Source: a virus
Lineage: Duplodnaviria > Caudoviricetes
Virus record (IMG/VR): IMGVR_UViG_3300048861_000079
Span: 22,932 to 86,931 of that record
Strand: one strand, 5' to 3'
DNA length: 64,000 nucleotides
Part shown: in pieces, positions 37,324 through 46,736 of the stretch
Layout of the letters: every line of letters starts with the position of its first letter
Position numbering within the stretch: the stretch's first letter is position 1
The notes under the pieces: generated by a model
What the model was told of the DNA's origin: nothing
Seen by the model: the letters and a program-made list of their open reading frames with translations, nothing else
Databases searched by the model: none
Position numbers and translations under genes: made by a program

Positions 37324-39651
37324 ATGAACCGCGACATTATCGAGCTGCGTGAAGTCGTCCAGAAGCTCGTGCCGCTCCTTGCCGGCAAGGGCTTGGTCGT
37401 AACGCAGCGCGGCAGCCAGGCTTATGTCTCCACCAATCCGAAGACGCGCAAGCCGGAGCGGGTCAACATTCCGAACATCTCCGACAACGCCACTCAGGAG
37501 TTCATCGAGGCAATCCAGGGCTTTATCGACCATGAGGTCGGTCACGTCCTGCACACCGATTGGGACTATTACGGTCGCGCACCAAGCGCGGCCGAACTGC
37601 GCAAGACCTCGGTCCAGCAGTTTCTCAACACCCACAACATTGTGGAAGACGTGATGATTGAGCGGGAAATGGGCAAGACGTTCCCCGGCTCCAAGAAGAA
37701 CATCTCGCGGACGCGCAAATACTTCCTCGCCAAGATCACCGATCCGGCTGTCAAGGCGGCTGCGGATGAGCGTGAAGCCTTCATCTACCTCTGCGTTCCG
37801 ACCATGCGCGCGCTCGGCGGGCATGAAGAGATGCAGGAATACATGGACGCAGGCGGCTACTGGTCGAACAAGTATGTCAAGGAAGTGGTCGACAAGCTGA
37901 AGCCCGAGACCATCGAGCTTCTCAAGACCTGCTCGCACACCAAGGAAACCTTGGCGATCGCTGAAGAGCTGCACCTGATCCTCTATCCGCCTCCGCCGCC
38001 CGCGCCGATGCCGATGACGCCGCCACCGACGCATGTGCCTGATGAGGACGAAGAGGAAGATACGCCTCCGCCGTCGAAGTCGTCCAGCTCGACGCCGTCC
38101 AAGCCCAAGGATCCTGAACCCGAAGAGGATGAAGACGATGAGCCGACTACGGCGGGTAGCGACCCGAGCGCAGGTGACGGAGAAGAGAACGAAGACGAAG
38201 ATGTTCCTGGCGCGCCTTCCACCATCGAGCCGGAGGCAGATGCAGACGGCGACGATGATGAGGAGATTCCCGATACCGCCGGCGAGGACGATGGTGACGA
38301 CACTGATGCCGATGATGGCGGTGCCGACGGCGCTGGTGATGATGACGATGAACCTGCAGGTGCAGGCGAGGAAGACGAAGATATTCCGGACGATGACGGT
38401 GGTTTTGAAAGCACCGCTTCCTCAGGCATCGTTTCGCATGGTCTGGATGACGACCGTGAGGACGAAGATGATGACGCCGCTGGTAGTGGTGGCGACGGAG
38501 CCGATGAGTCTGGCGACGATGACGATGGAGAGGAAGGACCGACGGGTAAGTCGGGTTTCCGCACCGAAGGTGCTGAAGGTGGTGGCGTAGGCTCGGTCGA
38601 TACCGAGCGCAACGAGAACCCTGGCGGTGGCGGCGGTGGTGTTGGCAACGAAGCCGGAAAGCCGATCTTCGATTTCGAGGAGGATGCATTCGACAAGGCC
38701 GACATGTCGAGCCAGATCGGCATTCTGATCTCGGACGAAGCCGTCATGGCGATGGATCCGGGCCAGTATCTCGTCTTCAGCCGCGAGATGGACCGCATCG
38801 AGCCGATCGAGCCGCCGGAGCGCATGAATGAGCAGTGGGTGCCGGAAATGGAGAACCGGGTCCGTCAGATGACGGCGAAGATGCGCAAGGACATCGAGCG
38901 TATCATGGCGTCGGATAGCTATGTGATCCGCACGCCTGGTCACAAGCGCGGCAAGCTGCACTCCCCTTCCCTGTTCCGCGTTCTCCAGGGCGATCCGCGT
39001 GTCTTCTCGGTTCGCGAGGAGCACAAGTCCAAGGACACGGCCGTCATGCTGCTCGCCGACAACTCCGGCTCCATGCATGGTGAAAAGTGCGAGCTTGCCA
39101 TGATCGCGAGTTACGCGCTCGCAGCCACCTTGGAAGCGGTCAAGATCCCGTATGAAGTGCTCGGCTTCACCTCCGGCGACTTCTACGATCTGCCGATCTC
39201 CATGCGCGAAGCGATCGAGAAGGATATCGCCGCATCCGAGATCCAGTATGATCGTGTCGAGCCGATCATGATTCCGATCTATAAGTCGTTCGCCGAGCGG
39301 CTGGATGCGACGGTCAAGAAGCGGTTTGCCTATGTGATGAACGCCCAGAACGGTCTGCAGGGCAACATCGACGGCGAATCCCTCGAGTATGCGGCAGAGC
39401 GCCTGCTGAAGCGTCAGGAAAAGCGCAAGGTGATGATGGTGCTGTCCGATGGGCAGCCGGCCGGCTCGCACAAGAGCGGCCCTCACCTGTCCTACGTGAC
39501 GCGCCAGCTCGAAAAGATGGGCATCGAATGCATTGGTATCGGCATCCTCGATAGCTCGGTGAAGAAGTATTATCCGAAGTGGACGGTCCTCAAGGACGTC
39601 AACGACCTGCCGAACCAGGTCATGAAGGAGATCCAGGCGATCCTGCGTTGA
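37324..39651 (+). CDS. CobT-like protein: HExxH domain, acidic linker, vWA domain
   Basis: DHEVGH; about 200-aa D/E/G/P tract; DNSGSM MIDAS, LSDGQP. Confidence 0.85.
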   Translation: MNRDIIELREVVQKLVPLLAGKGLVVTQRGSQAYVSTNPKTRKPERVNIPNISDNATQEFIEAIQGFIDHEVGHVLHTDWDYYGRAPSAAELRKTSVQQFLNTHNIVEDVMIEREMGKTFPGSKKNISRTRKYFLAKITDPAVKAAADEREAFIYLCVPTMRALGGHEEMQEYMDAGGYWSNKYVKEVVDKLKPETIELLKTCSHTKETLAIAEELHLILYPPPPPAPMPMTPPPTHVPDEDEEEDTPPPSKSSSSTPSKPKDPEPEEDEDDEPTTAGSDPSAGDGEENEDEDVPGAPSTIEPEADADGDDDEEIPDTAGEDDGDDTDADDGGADGAGDDDDEPAGAGEEDEDIPDDDGGFESTASSGIVSHGLDDDREDEDDDAAGSGGDGADESGDDDDGEEGPTGKSGFRTEGAEGGGVGSVDTERNENPGGGGGGVGNEAGKPIFDFEEDAFDKADMSSQIGILISDEAVMAMDPGQYLVFSREMDRIEPIEPPERMNEQWVPEMENRVRQMTAKMRKDIERIMASDSYVIRTPGHKRGKLHSPSLFRVLQGDPRVFSVREEHKSKDTAVMLLADNSGSMHGEKCELAMIASYALAATLEAVKIPYEVLGFTSGDFYDLPISMREAIEKDIAASEIQYDRVEPIMIPIYKSFAERLDATVKKRFAYVMNAQNGLQGNIDGESLEYAAERLLKRQEKRKVMMVLSDGQPAGSHKSGPHLSYVTRQLEKMGIECIGIGILDSSVKKYYPKWTVLKDVNDLPNQVMKEIQAILR

Positions 39652-39674
39652 ATCGCCTGATTTTATCCCCGAAA

Positions 39675-39694
39675 ATAAGTAAACACCTACTTAT
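39675..39694. promoter_or_regulatory. 20-bp operator
   Basis: ATAAGTAAACACCTACTTAT. Confidence 0.75.
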
Positions 39695-39720
39695 TTTCCA
39701 TCTTGCGTCCCAAGTGAGAA

Positions 39721-39740
39721 GTAAGTAAACACGTATTTAT
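39721..39740. promoter_or_regulatory. 20-bp operator
   Basis: GTAAGTAAACACGTATTTAT. Confidence 0.7.
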
Positions 39741-39779
39741 AGCGCAACGCGAAAGCGCTTAAAGATCAGAGGGAATTCA

Positions 39780-41039
39780 ATGAGCGAAGCAGCTGAAATG
39801 GCCGTCGCATCCGCGACGGACAACAGGATCGTCTGTCAGATCGACAATGTTCGCGTCCACTTCATCCAGACGCACATCACCAAAAACCATCCCGACTGGA
39901 CCATCGAGCGCTATCAGGCAGAGTTTCCTGGCGCGCCGCTGATGTCCGAGCACGGCAAGTTCCTCTACGAGCGCGAGAAGGCAAGGAAAGCGGCTGCCGC
40001 AAAGACGGCCGAGGCTTCCACGCCCGCGCTTCCGGTTACGACCGCAGCAGCGTCGGCTCCGGCTGTCACCGCAGGCTATATCGGCGGCACGAAGTTCACG
40101 ACCCGCAAGGTTCCGATGTTCGAGCTGTTCGAGCTCGGCGTCACGCCGCCGCCTGCAGCGCTCAACAAGAAGGGCGCACCGATCGCAGTCGACGTGTTCT
40201 CCGGTCACGACGCCGAAAGCCTCAACTACGTGCCCGAGATCGATGACCGCTATGTGTGGAATATCGACCTTCTGAAGAAGGTCATCACCGGCCTGGCGCT
40301 CAACAAGAACGTCCTGCTCTGGGGCTATCACGGCACCGGCAAGACGTCGGTCATCAAGCAGATTTGCGCACGCACCAAGCGTCCGTTCATCCGCAAGCAG
40401 CACACCATCAACATGCAGGAGTCCGATGTCCTGGGACAGTGGACGGTCAAGGATGGCAACACTGTCTTTCAGCTTGGTCCGCTGGCGATGGCGATGATCC
40501 ACGGCTGGGTCTATTGCGCCGACGAATACGACTTCGCAATGCCGTCGGTGCTGGCAGTCTATCAGCCGGTCATGGAAGGCGAGTCGCTGATGATCGCCGA
40601 CGCGCCGCCCGAGTTCCGCAAGATCACGCCGCATCCGGACTTCCGCTTCGTCGCAACCGGCAACACCAACGGCACCGGCGATGAAAGCGGTCTTTACCAG
40701 GGCACGATGATCCAGAACTCGGCCAACTATTCGCGCTTCGGCATCACCGTCGAGGTCGAATATATGGACGCTGCGATCGAGGAGCAGATCCTCATCAGCC
40801 AGACGAAGGTCGACAAGATCTCCGCCGGCAAGATCGTCAAGCTCGCCAACAAGATCCGCGACATGTTCAAGGAAGGCAAGATCTCCACGACGATCTCGCC
40901 GCGTGAAATGATCACGGCCTGCCAGCTCGGCATCGCTTACGGCGCCGAATGGAAGCTCGGCATGGAGCTCGCTTTCTCGAACCGTCTGTCGCGCGTCGAT
41001 AAGAAGGTGTTGGAAGAATACATGGGACGGGCATTCTGA
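39780..41039 (+). CDS. CobS/MoxR-like AAA+ ATPase
   Basis: GYHGTGKT, YCADEYD, VATGN, NYSRF. Confidence 0.9.
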   Translation: MSEAAEMAVASATDNRIVCQIDNVRVHFIQTHITKNHPDWTIERYQAEFPGAPLMSEHGKFLYEREKARKAAAAKTAEASTPALPVTTAAASAPAVTAGYIGGTKFTTRKVPMFELFELGVTPPPAALNKKGAPIAVDVFSGHDAESLNYVPEIDDRYVWNIDLLKKVITGLALNKNVLLWGYHGTGKTSVIKQICARTKRPFIRKQHTINMQESDVLGQWTVKDGNTVFQLGPLAMAMIHGWVYCADEYDFAMPSVLAVYQPVMEGESLMIADAPPEFRKITPHPDFRFVATGNTNGTGDESGLYQGTMIQNSANYSRFGITVEVEYMDAAIEEQILISQTKVDKISAGKIVKLANKIRDMFKEGKISTTISPREMITACQLGIAYGAEWKLGMELAFSNRLSRVDKKVLEEYMGRAF

Positions 41040-41707
41040 TGCAGCAGATCCAGTATCGCAACTACCAGGACTCTGTGAAGCAGATCCATTCCTTCGCCGT
41101 CAAGGTTTTGCGCCGCCTGCACGGGCTCGGCGCAAAGACGCACTCGCTGGACGATGTGAAGCAGGAGCTCGCGATCGCCTGGTGCAAGGCCTGCGAAGCC
41201 TACCGTCCGGAAGGCGGCGCGTCGTTCGAGACGTTCCTCACCAACGGCATGCGCCTGCACATCAACCGCTACATCGAAAAGAATTTCGAGCGGTTCCATG
41301 ACGAGACGATCGCCCTTTCGCTGGAAGGCGGCAGCCGCTCCGACGAGTCCGGCGGCGCAAACATTTCCGGCTCCCTGAGTGAGGTCGTTGCAGATACGGC
41401 GCCGCTGCAGAACGTCGAGGTCGAAAACGAAAACTGCTTTGCCTACGCGCTGACCAGGCTGTCGCCGCGTGCTGCGCAGTTCGTCACGATCCTCAAGGAT
41501 CAGCCGAAGGAGCTCATCGAAGAGGTCCGTCGCCTGGAGGACAAGTCCGAATACGCCAGGGAGCGCGGCATCACTTATGCCACCGCGCACCGTCTCACCA
41601 CGCCCATGATCTTCGATTTCATGGGCGCCTCGCGCAATGAGCGCAAGCAGATCATGGACGAGGTCCAGCAGATCGGCGCGCTCATCCAGAACCAGGTTGC
41701 AGCATGA
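41039..41707 (+). CDS. sigma70 region-2-like transcription factor
   Basis: DDVKQEL..AW.KA.EAYRPE.GASFETFL...MR..I. Confidence 0.7.
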   Translation: MQQIQYRNYQDSVKQIHSFAVKVLRRLHGLGAKTHSLDDVKQELAIAWCKACEAYRPEGGASFETFLTNGMRLHINRYIEKNFERFHDETIALSLEGGSRSDESGGANISGSLSEVVADTAPLQNVEVENENCFAYALTRLSPRAAQFVTILKDQPKELIEEVRRLEDKSEYARERGITYATAHRLTTPMIFDFMGASRNERKQIMDEVQQIGALIQNQVAA

Positions 41708-42231
41708 CCACCATTCCTCCGTTCTCTCCCGGCTGCTTTGGCTCCGCACTCGCGTTCAAGAAGGGCGACGTAGCCTGTGGTGGCTGCAAGTTCGCCGAGC
41801 AGTGCGAGCCGGCCCATCTGGCGGCTAAGAAGGCGCTCAGGGAGCGTTTCAACGTCCAGACGACTGCGGAGGCCAGTGCCGAGAAGAAGGCCGCCAGAGC
41901 CACGCCGGCCGATCCCACCGCGCTCACCCTGCCCAAGAAGACGCAGGAGCTTATCGCGCGTCTCGACAAGGGCAACTACGACATCGTGGGTTCTCTCCAG
42001 CGTGGGGAGAACCCTTTCGGGGCAGCTATCCCGTTCATGAAGCTCGCCTGCCATCTTCTGCTTCGCCTGCAGCAGCCTTTCTCCACGAAGGGTCTCTCCA
42101 CGGCCTATGCAACGAAGTTCGGCTGGCAGCAGGGCACGGCTGACGCGCACGCCCGGATGGCTGTCCAGGCGCTCACTCATATCGGAGCCGTCCGCAACAA
42201 TGACGGCATGATCTCTATTCGCAGGGGCTAA
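41704..42231 (+). CDS. Cys4 Zn-finger hypothetical protein
   Basis: PGCFG...CGGCKF..QC. Confidence 0.65.
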   Translation: MTTIPPFSPGCFGSALAFKKGDVACGGCKFAEQCEPAHLAAKKALRERFNVQTTAEASAEKKAARATPADPTALTLPKKTQELIARLDKGNYDIVGSLQRGENPFGAAIPFMKLACHLLLRLQQPFSTKGLSTAYATKFGWQQGTADAHARMAVQALTHIGAVRNNDGMISIRRG

Positions 42232-42232
42232 A

Positions 42233-45200
42233 ATGCACTCGATCCTCGCAGCGCGCACCGATTTCTCGGTCGGCGAAAGCATTCTCACGACCGAATTCCT
42301 GATCAAGAACGCTGTCGAGGCAGGCGCCAAGGCTGTCGCGATGACCGACACCATGAGCGTGACCGGCATGATCGACTTCACGAACCGCGCCAAGAAGGCC
42401 GAGTTGAAGCCGGTCATCGGATGCCGGCTGTGCCTGACCGACGCACCGGAATGGCGTCCTGACACGGGTCAGAAGAAGAAGGACATGCCGCGCTACTATT
42501 ACCTGACGGTCTACGCGCTGACCGAGGCAGGCATGAAGGCGATCTTCCGGCTGCTGACGCTCGCCAATTCCGAAAAGCGCTTCTACTATGAGGCTAAGCT
42601 TGGCTTTGATGACCTTTACGATGAGCTCCGTGCGATTGGACCTGACCAGCTTGCAGTGGTCCTTGGTGACGCGCATTCGGTTCTCGAGCATCCGGACGCC
42701 GAGAACATCGTCGTTACGATCGGCGGCTTCTGCCGTCACGCATATGCGCCGCTGGTCCCGGTCGACACGCCCTATTACGGGCGTCTCAACGAGCTGGCGC
42801 TGAATGCAATCGGCACCGGCTATGTGCAGCCGATCGTCGTTCGTCCCGCCTTCTACGGCCAGGGCGAGGCAGACGCGCAGGAGATCATGACGGCCGTTAC
42901 CGACAACCACAAGATCACCGATGGCTGGTTTAAGTCGCGGCACAATCGCGACATGCATGTTATGGGCACGCCCGAACTGGTTGGGGAAATGAAGAAGGCG
43001 ATCGCGCACCTCGGCAAGCGCGGTCTCGATGTCAGCACGGTCACGGCGAAGTTCAAGGAAGGCTTGCTCAACACCGGCGTCCTGGTCGACGCCGTCGAAT
43101 ACGAATGGAAGAAGGCCGACGTCTCCTTGCCGATCATGTCCGACAACGAGTTCGGCGCGGTCATCGATGAATGCAAGAAGGGCTGGAAGATCCGGTTCGA
43201 GCAGGTGATCTTCGGCCATCGGCCTTCGCAGGAAGACCTGATCAACATCTACAAGCCGCGTCTGGCCTACGAGCTCGAGACCCTCAAGCGCTTGAACTTC
43301 TCCGGCTACTTCCTGCTCGTGCAGGACGTCGTCCAGTTCGCCAAGTCGTCGGGTATCATGGTCGGACCTGGTCGTGGATCCGTGGGCGGATCCCTTGTCG
43401 CTTATCTGATGGGGATTACCGACTGCGATCCGATCCGCTTCGGACTGCTTTTCGAGCGCTTCATCAACCCCGAACGTATCGACTTGCCCGACGCCGACCT
43501 GGATTTCATGTCGACGCGCCGGCACGAGGTTTTCGAATACCTGACCAAGAAGTATGGCGAAGCCCGCACGGCTGGCGTCAACAACTTCGGCACGCTCGCG
43601 GCCGCTTCCGCCATGCGCGACGTCGGTCGCGTGACAGGGATCCCGGAGAAGGACTATTCCGTCTCCAAGTTCGTTCCCAAGCTGCACGGCGCCAACGTGC
43701 CGCTGCCGGAATGCCGCGTCCAGGTGCCTGAGATCGACACCTTTGCGAACAACTATCCGGAGTTCTGGCCGATTATGACCAGGCTCGAGGGCACGATCCG
43801 CAACTTCGGCCAGCATGCCGGCGGCTTCATCGTCGGTGGCGTGGATCTGACTGATCGCGCCGTGGTCGAGCGCCGCAAGGAAGGCAACGTCGTCTGCTGG
43901 GACAAGCGCATCGTTGAAGATCAGGGCTTGGTCAAGATGGATATTCTGGGTCTCGTGACCCTCGACCTCATCAAGCTTACCCTGGACTACGTGAAGGAAC
44001 GGACGGGCAAGCGCGTCGATATCATGAGCATTCCCCTCGATGATCCCGAGGTGCTCGAGAACTTCGCCAAGGCCAACACGACGGCGATCTTCCAGTTCGA
44101 GTCCGGCGGTATGCGCCGGCTGCTGAAGGATCTCGGCGCCGATGGCACCATCACCTTTGACGACATCACGGCTGCCACCGCTCTCTACCGCCCCGGCCCG
44201 ATGGAGTCCGGGATGATGGATTCGTTCGCCAAGCGTAAGCAGGGCTACGAGCCGGTCGAATATGATCATCCGCTGATGGAAGACGTGCTGAAGGAAACCT
44301 TCGGCGTCATCGTCTACCAGGAGCAGGTCATGAAGATCTCCCAGGTGATCGCCGGCTACTCGGGTGCTGCAGCTGACAAGCTCCGCAAGATCATGGGCAA
44401 GAAGCTGCCTGAGGAGATGAAGAAGGAGCGCCAGAAGTTCGTGGACGGCTGTGTCGAGACGATCGGCTGCGCGGAAGAATGGGCAGGGCATCTCTTCGAC
44501 AAGATCGAAGGCTTCGCTGGCTACGGCTTCAACAAGAGCCACTCGGTCGAATACACCCTCCTCTCCTACCAGTCGATGTATCTCAAGGTCCACTACGGCG
44601 TCGAGTTCTACGCCGCGGCGCTGACCGTGCTGAAGGAAGAAAAGCTGCCTGGCATCATCCGCGACGCAAAGCAGATGGGTATCGACGTCGGCTTCCCGGA
44701 CATCAACATCTCGACCGACAAGTTTGAGATCGCGACCGACGTGCGCCTGGTCATGCCGTTTCAGCGCATCAAGGGTATTTCCGAGCGCGCAACGACCGCG
44801 ATCCTCGCAGCGCGCCAGGCTGGCCCGTTCAAGGACAAGGCAGACTTCATCGGCCGCGTCGAGCGGCGGGTCTGCAACATCAAGGTTCAGGGTGCGCTCG
44901 ATGCTGTCGGCGCGTTCGCACGCATCGAACCCGGTCAGTTGCCGGCCAACGATCCGAGCCGCATCAAGGACCAGATTGAGCTCCTGCCTGGTCTGGTCGC
45001 CGCCCACGTTCCGGTTGATCGCGAGATGTATACCGACAAGGAGACCAAGGAGGCGATCGGCGAGCTGGTGGCGACCTACCGCGCCAATCATGGGCCTGGA
45101 TCTTCGGCGGTCGACGGAATGCCGATCAAGCCTTCGTTCGGCCGCTCGGCTGACTTTATGTTGATCCAGGACGCGCCAAACGGCGAAGATGATGGCAACG

Positions 45201-45598
45201 GCATGATGGGTCATGGCAAGGCGATCATTCCGATCATCGAAGCGATGGACCAGGTCGGGCTCGCACGTGAGAACGCCTATTGGACGGCGCTCATTAAGCG
45301 GCCGAAGCGAGGCAAGCAGGTCTCGCCGGAAGAGATCGCGACCTACTGGCCCTATCTCGAACAGGAGATCGATATTCTCAAGCCGTCGATCATCGTCCTG
45401 ATGGGCTCGCAGACGGTTCGCCACTTCATGCCCGACTTCAAGGGCAAGGCGTCCGACATGGCCGGCAAGGTGGTCTACTCCAAGACCTACGACGCCAATT
45501 TTGTGATCGGCTTCGCACCCGGTGAAATCTATCACGATCCGGACAAGCAGATGAACATGAACGAAGTCCTCGGCTCGGTCGCGGATCTGCTCGCATGA
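42233..45598 (+). CDS. dnaE: DNA polymerase III alpha (family C) with a C-terminal UDG-like domain
   Basis: GRGSVGGSL, FERFINPER..PDADLDF, KMDILGL, YGFNKSH; C-terminal ~160 aa UDG family-4-like. Confidence 0.95.
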   Translation: MHSILAARTDFSVGESILTTEFLIKNAVEAGAKAVAMTDTMSVTGMIDFTNRAKKAELKPVIGCRLCLTDAPEWRPDTGQKKKDMPRYYYLTVYALTEAGMKAIFRLLTLANSEKRFYYEAKLGFDDLYDELRAIGPDQLAVVLGDAHSVLEHPDAENIVVTIGGFCRHAYAPLVPVDTPYYGRLNELALNAIGTGYVQPIVVRPAFYGQGEADAQEIMTAVTDNHKITDGWFKSRHNRDMHVMGTPELVGEMKKAIAHLGKRGLDVSTVTAKFKEGLLNTGVLVDAVEYEWKKADVSLPIMSDNEFGAVIDECKKGWKIRFEQVIFGHRPSQEDLINIYKPRLAYELETLKRLNFSGYFLLVQDVVQFAKSSGIMVGPGRGSVGGSLVAYLMGITDCDPIRFGLLFERFINPERIDLPDADLDFMSTRRHEVFEYLTKKYGEARTAGVNNFGTLAAASAMRDVGRVTGIPEKDYSVSKFVPKLHGANVPLPECRVQVPEIDTFANNYPEFWPIMTRLEGTIRNFGQHAGGFIVGGVDLTDRAVVERRKEGNVVCWDKRIVEDQGLVKMDILGLVTLDLIKLTLDYVKERTGKRVDIMSIPLDDPEVLENFAKANTTAIFQFESGGMRRLLKDLGADGTITFDDITAATALYRPGPMESGMMDSFAKRKQGYEPVEYDHPLMEDVLKETFGVIVYQEQVMKISQVIAGYSGAAADKLRKIMGKKLPEEMKKERQKFVDGCVETIGCAEEWAGHLFDKIEGFAGYGFNKSHSVEYTLLSYQSMYLKVHYGVEFYAAALTVLKEEKLPGIIRDAKQMGIDVGFPDINISTDKFEIATDVRLVMPFQRIKGISERATTAILAARQAGPFKDKADFIGRVERRVCNIKVQGALDAVGAFARIEPGQLPANDPSRIKDQIELLPGLVAAHVPVDREMYTDKETKEAIGELVATYRANHGPGSSAVDGMPIKPSFGRSADFMLIQDAPNGEDDGNGMMGHGKAIIPIIEAMDQVGLARENAYWTALIKRPKRGKQVSPEEIATYWPYLEQEIDILKPSIIVLMGSQTVRHFMPDFKGKASDMAGKVVYSKTYDANFVIGFAPGEIYHDPDKQMNMNEVLGSVADLLA

Positions 45599-45653
45599 GC
45601 ATCCCGCACCTACGATGACAATGACGAATACGGGCAGTTTTAAGGAGCACACA

Positions 45654-46250
45654 ATGACGAACCCGACTACCGCGGATCCCGCGAATACCCCGCAGACCGT
45701 CTTCCAGGTCCGCGATTTTATCGATGCTCACCAGCTGAAGCGCGACCTCGCCTTCTCCAACAATGATCTGACCTCGGCGATGATGGAACAGGCGTCGATG
45801 TTCTCCTATTACGGCGTGCTGGCGGCGGATGCCTCCAAGCAGGTCGATGTGGTGAAGATGCTGCTCGAAAACACGGAAGCGGCTGTCTACCAGCTGGAGC
45901 GCGCCGCGGCGAACCAGGCGGCGGCAGAAGCGGCCGCCACCAAGACGCCGATCGAGAAGGTCACGGAAACGATGCTGGAAAAGCGTGTCGCCCGTCACCC
46001 GCGTGTCATCGCCATGAAGAAGGCGCTCAACGATGCCAAGCGCATCGAGGCGACCGGAAAGATCGCCGTGGAGTCATTCCGGCATCGCCGCGACATGCTT
46101 GTCCAGATGGGCCTGATCTCGCGCGAGGAGCTCAAGGGTGAGCTGCGCATCGGCGAAAAGAACGCCCGTGAGGAAGCTGCCGGCGCCCAGCGTGATCGCG
46201 CGCTCGCCGCCCTTGGACGTCGCCAGGCTGGCGGATCCGATACCGAATAA
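45654..46250 (+). CDS. UvsY-like recombination mediator (putative)
   Basis: All-helical; ASMFSYYG...KVTETML..RV...ESFRHRRDML; AGGAG RBS. Confidence 0.55.
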   Translation: MTNPTTADPANTPQTVFQVRDFIDAHQLKRDLAFSNNDLTSAMMEQASMFSYYGVLAADASKQVDVVKMLLENTEAAVYQLERAAANQAAAEAAATKTPIEKVTETMLEKRVARHPRVIAMKKALNDAKRIEATGKIAVESFRHRRDMLVQMGLISREELKGELRIGEKNAREEAAGAQRDRALAALGRRQAGGSDTE

Positions 46251-46259
46251 AAATGTGCA

Positions 46260-46282
46260 ATCCCGCATATTTTGGGCTATAA
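46260..46282 (+). promoter_or_regulatory. class-II promoter
   Basis: ATCCC-N11-GCTATAA. Confidence 0.6.
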
Positions 46283-46283
46283 A

Positions 46284-46303
46284 GTAAGTAAGCAGTTACT
46301 TAG
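46284..46303. promoter_or_regulatory. 20-bp operator
   Basis: GTAAGTAAGCAGTTACTTAG. Confidence 0.75.
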
Positions 46304-46333
46304 TAGTGTGAAACGTCCTGAGAGGGTAAATTC

Positions 46334-46600
46334 ATGGACAAGATCATCGCATACCTCCGCAAGGTTCTGGGCCTCGAACTGACGATCGACCGCGTTGTCG
46401 CCCGCCAGTCCAAGGTTGTTCGCGACCTCGACAAGCTCGAAACCCTGCACAATGACAAGGCCGACAAGGCTGAAGCAAAGGCCGCCAAGGCCAGCGCGAA
46501 GGCAGAAGCCGCTCGCCTGGAAGCAGCCGACGCCGCTGAGCTCTCCACCAACTGGAAGAATTCTGGACTGGTTCGTCCGCTCCGGAACAACGCGGCTTAA
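46334..46600 (+). CDS. hypothetical coiled-coil protein (88 aa)
   Basis: GAGG RBS, own promoter and operator. Confidence 0.65.
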   Translation: MDKIIAYLRKVLGLELTIDRVVARQSKVVRDLDKLETLHNDKADKAEAKAAKASAKAEAARLEAADAAELSTNWKNSGLVRPLRNNAA

Positions 46601-46622
46601 TCAGCCGCAAGAAAAGTGAGCG

Positions 46623-46646
46623 ATCCCATGATCGGGATCGCTATAC
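46623..46646 (+). promoter_or_regulatory. class-II promoter
   Basis: ATCCC-N12-GCTATAC. Confidence 0.55.
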
Positions 46647-46736
46647 ATGAATAGCTCACATACTGAAATACTAAAATCAGTATTTACAGTCAGGGCAGCA
46701 CAAAGACTAAAGCACAAAGCAGAAAGGCACTAAGCA

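Noticed and set aside
37324-41039. Cobalamin biosynthesis (cobaltochelatase CobST)
   Set aside because: No cobN or other cob genes; the similarity reflects generic vWA/MoxR domains.
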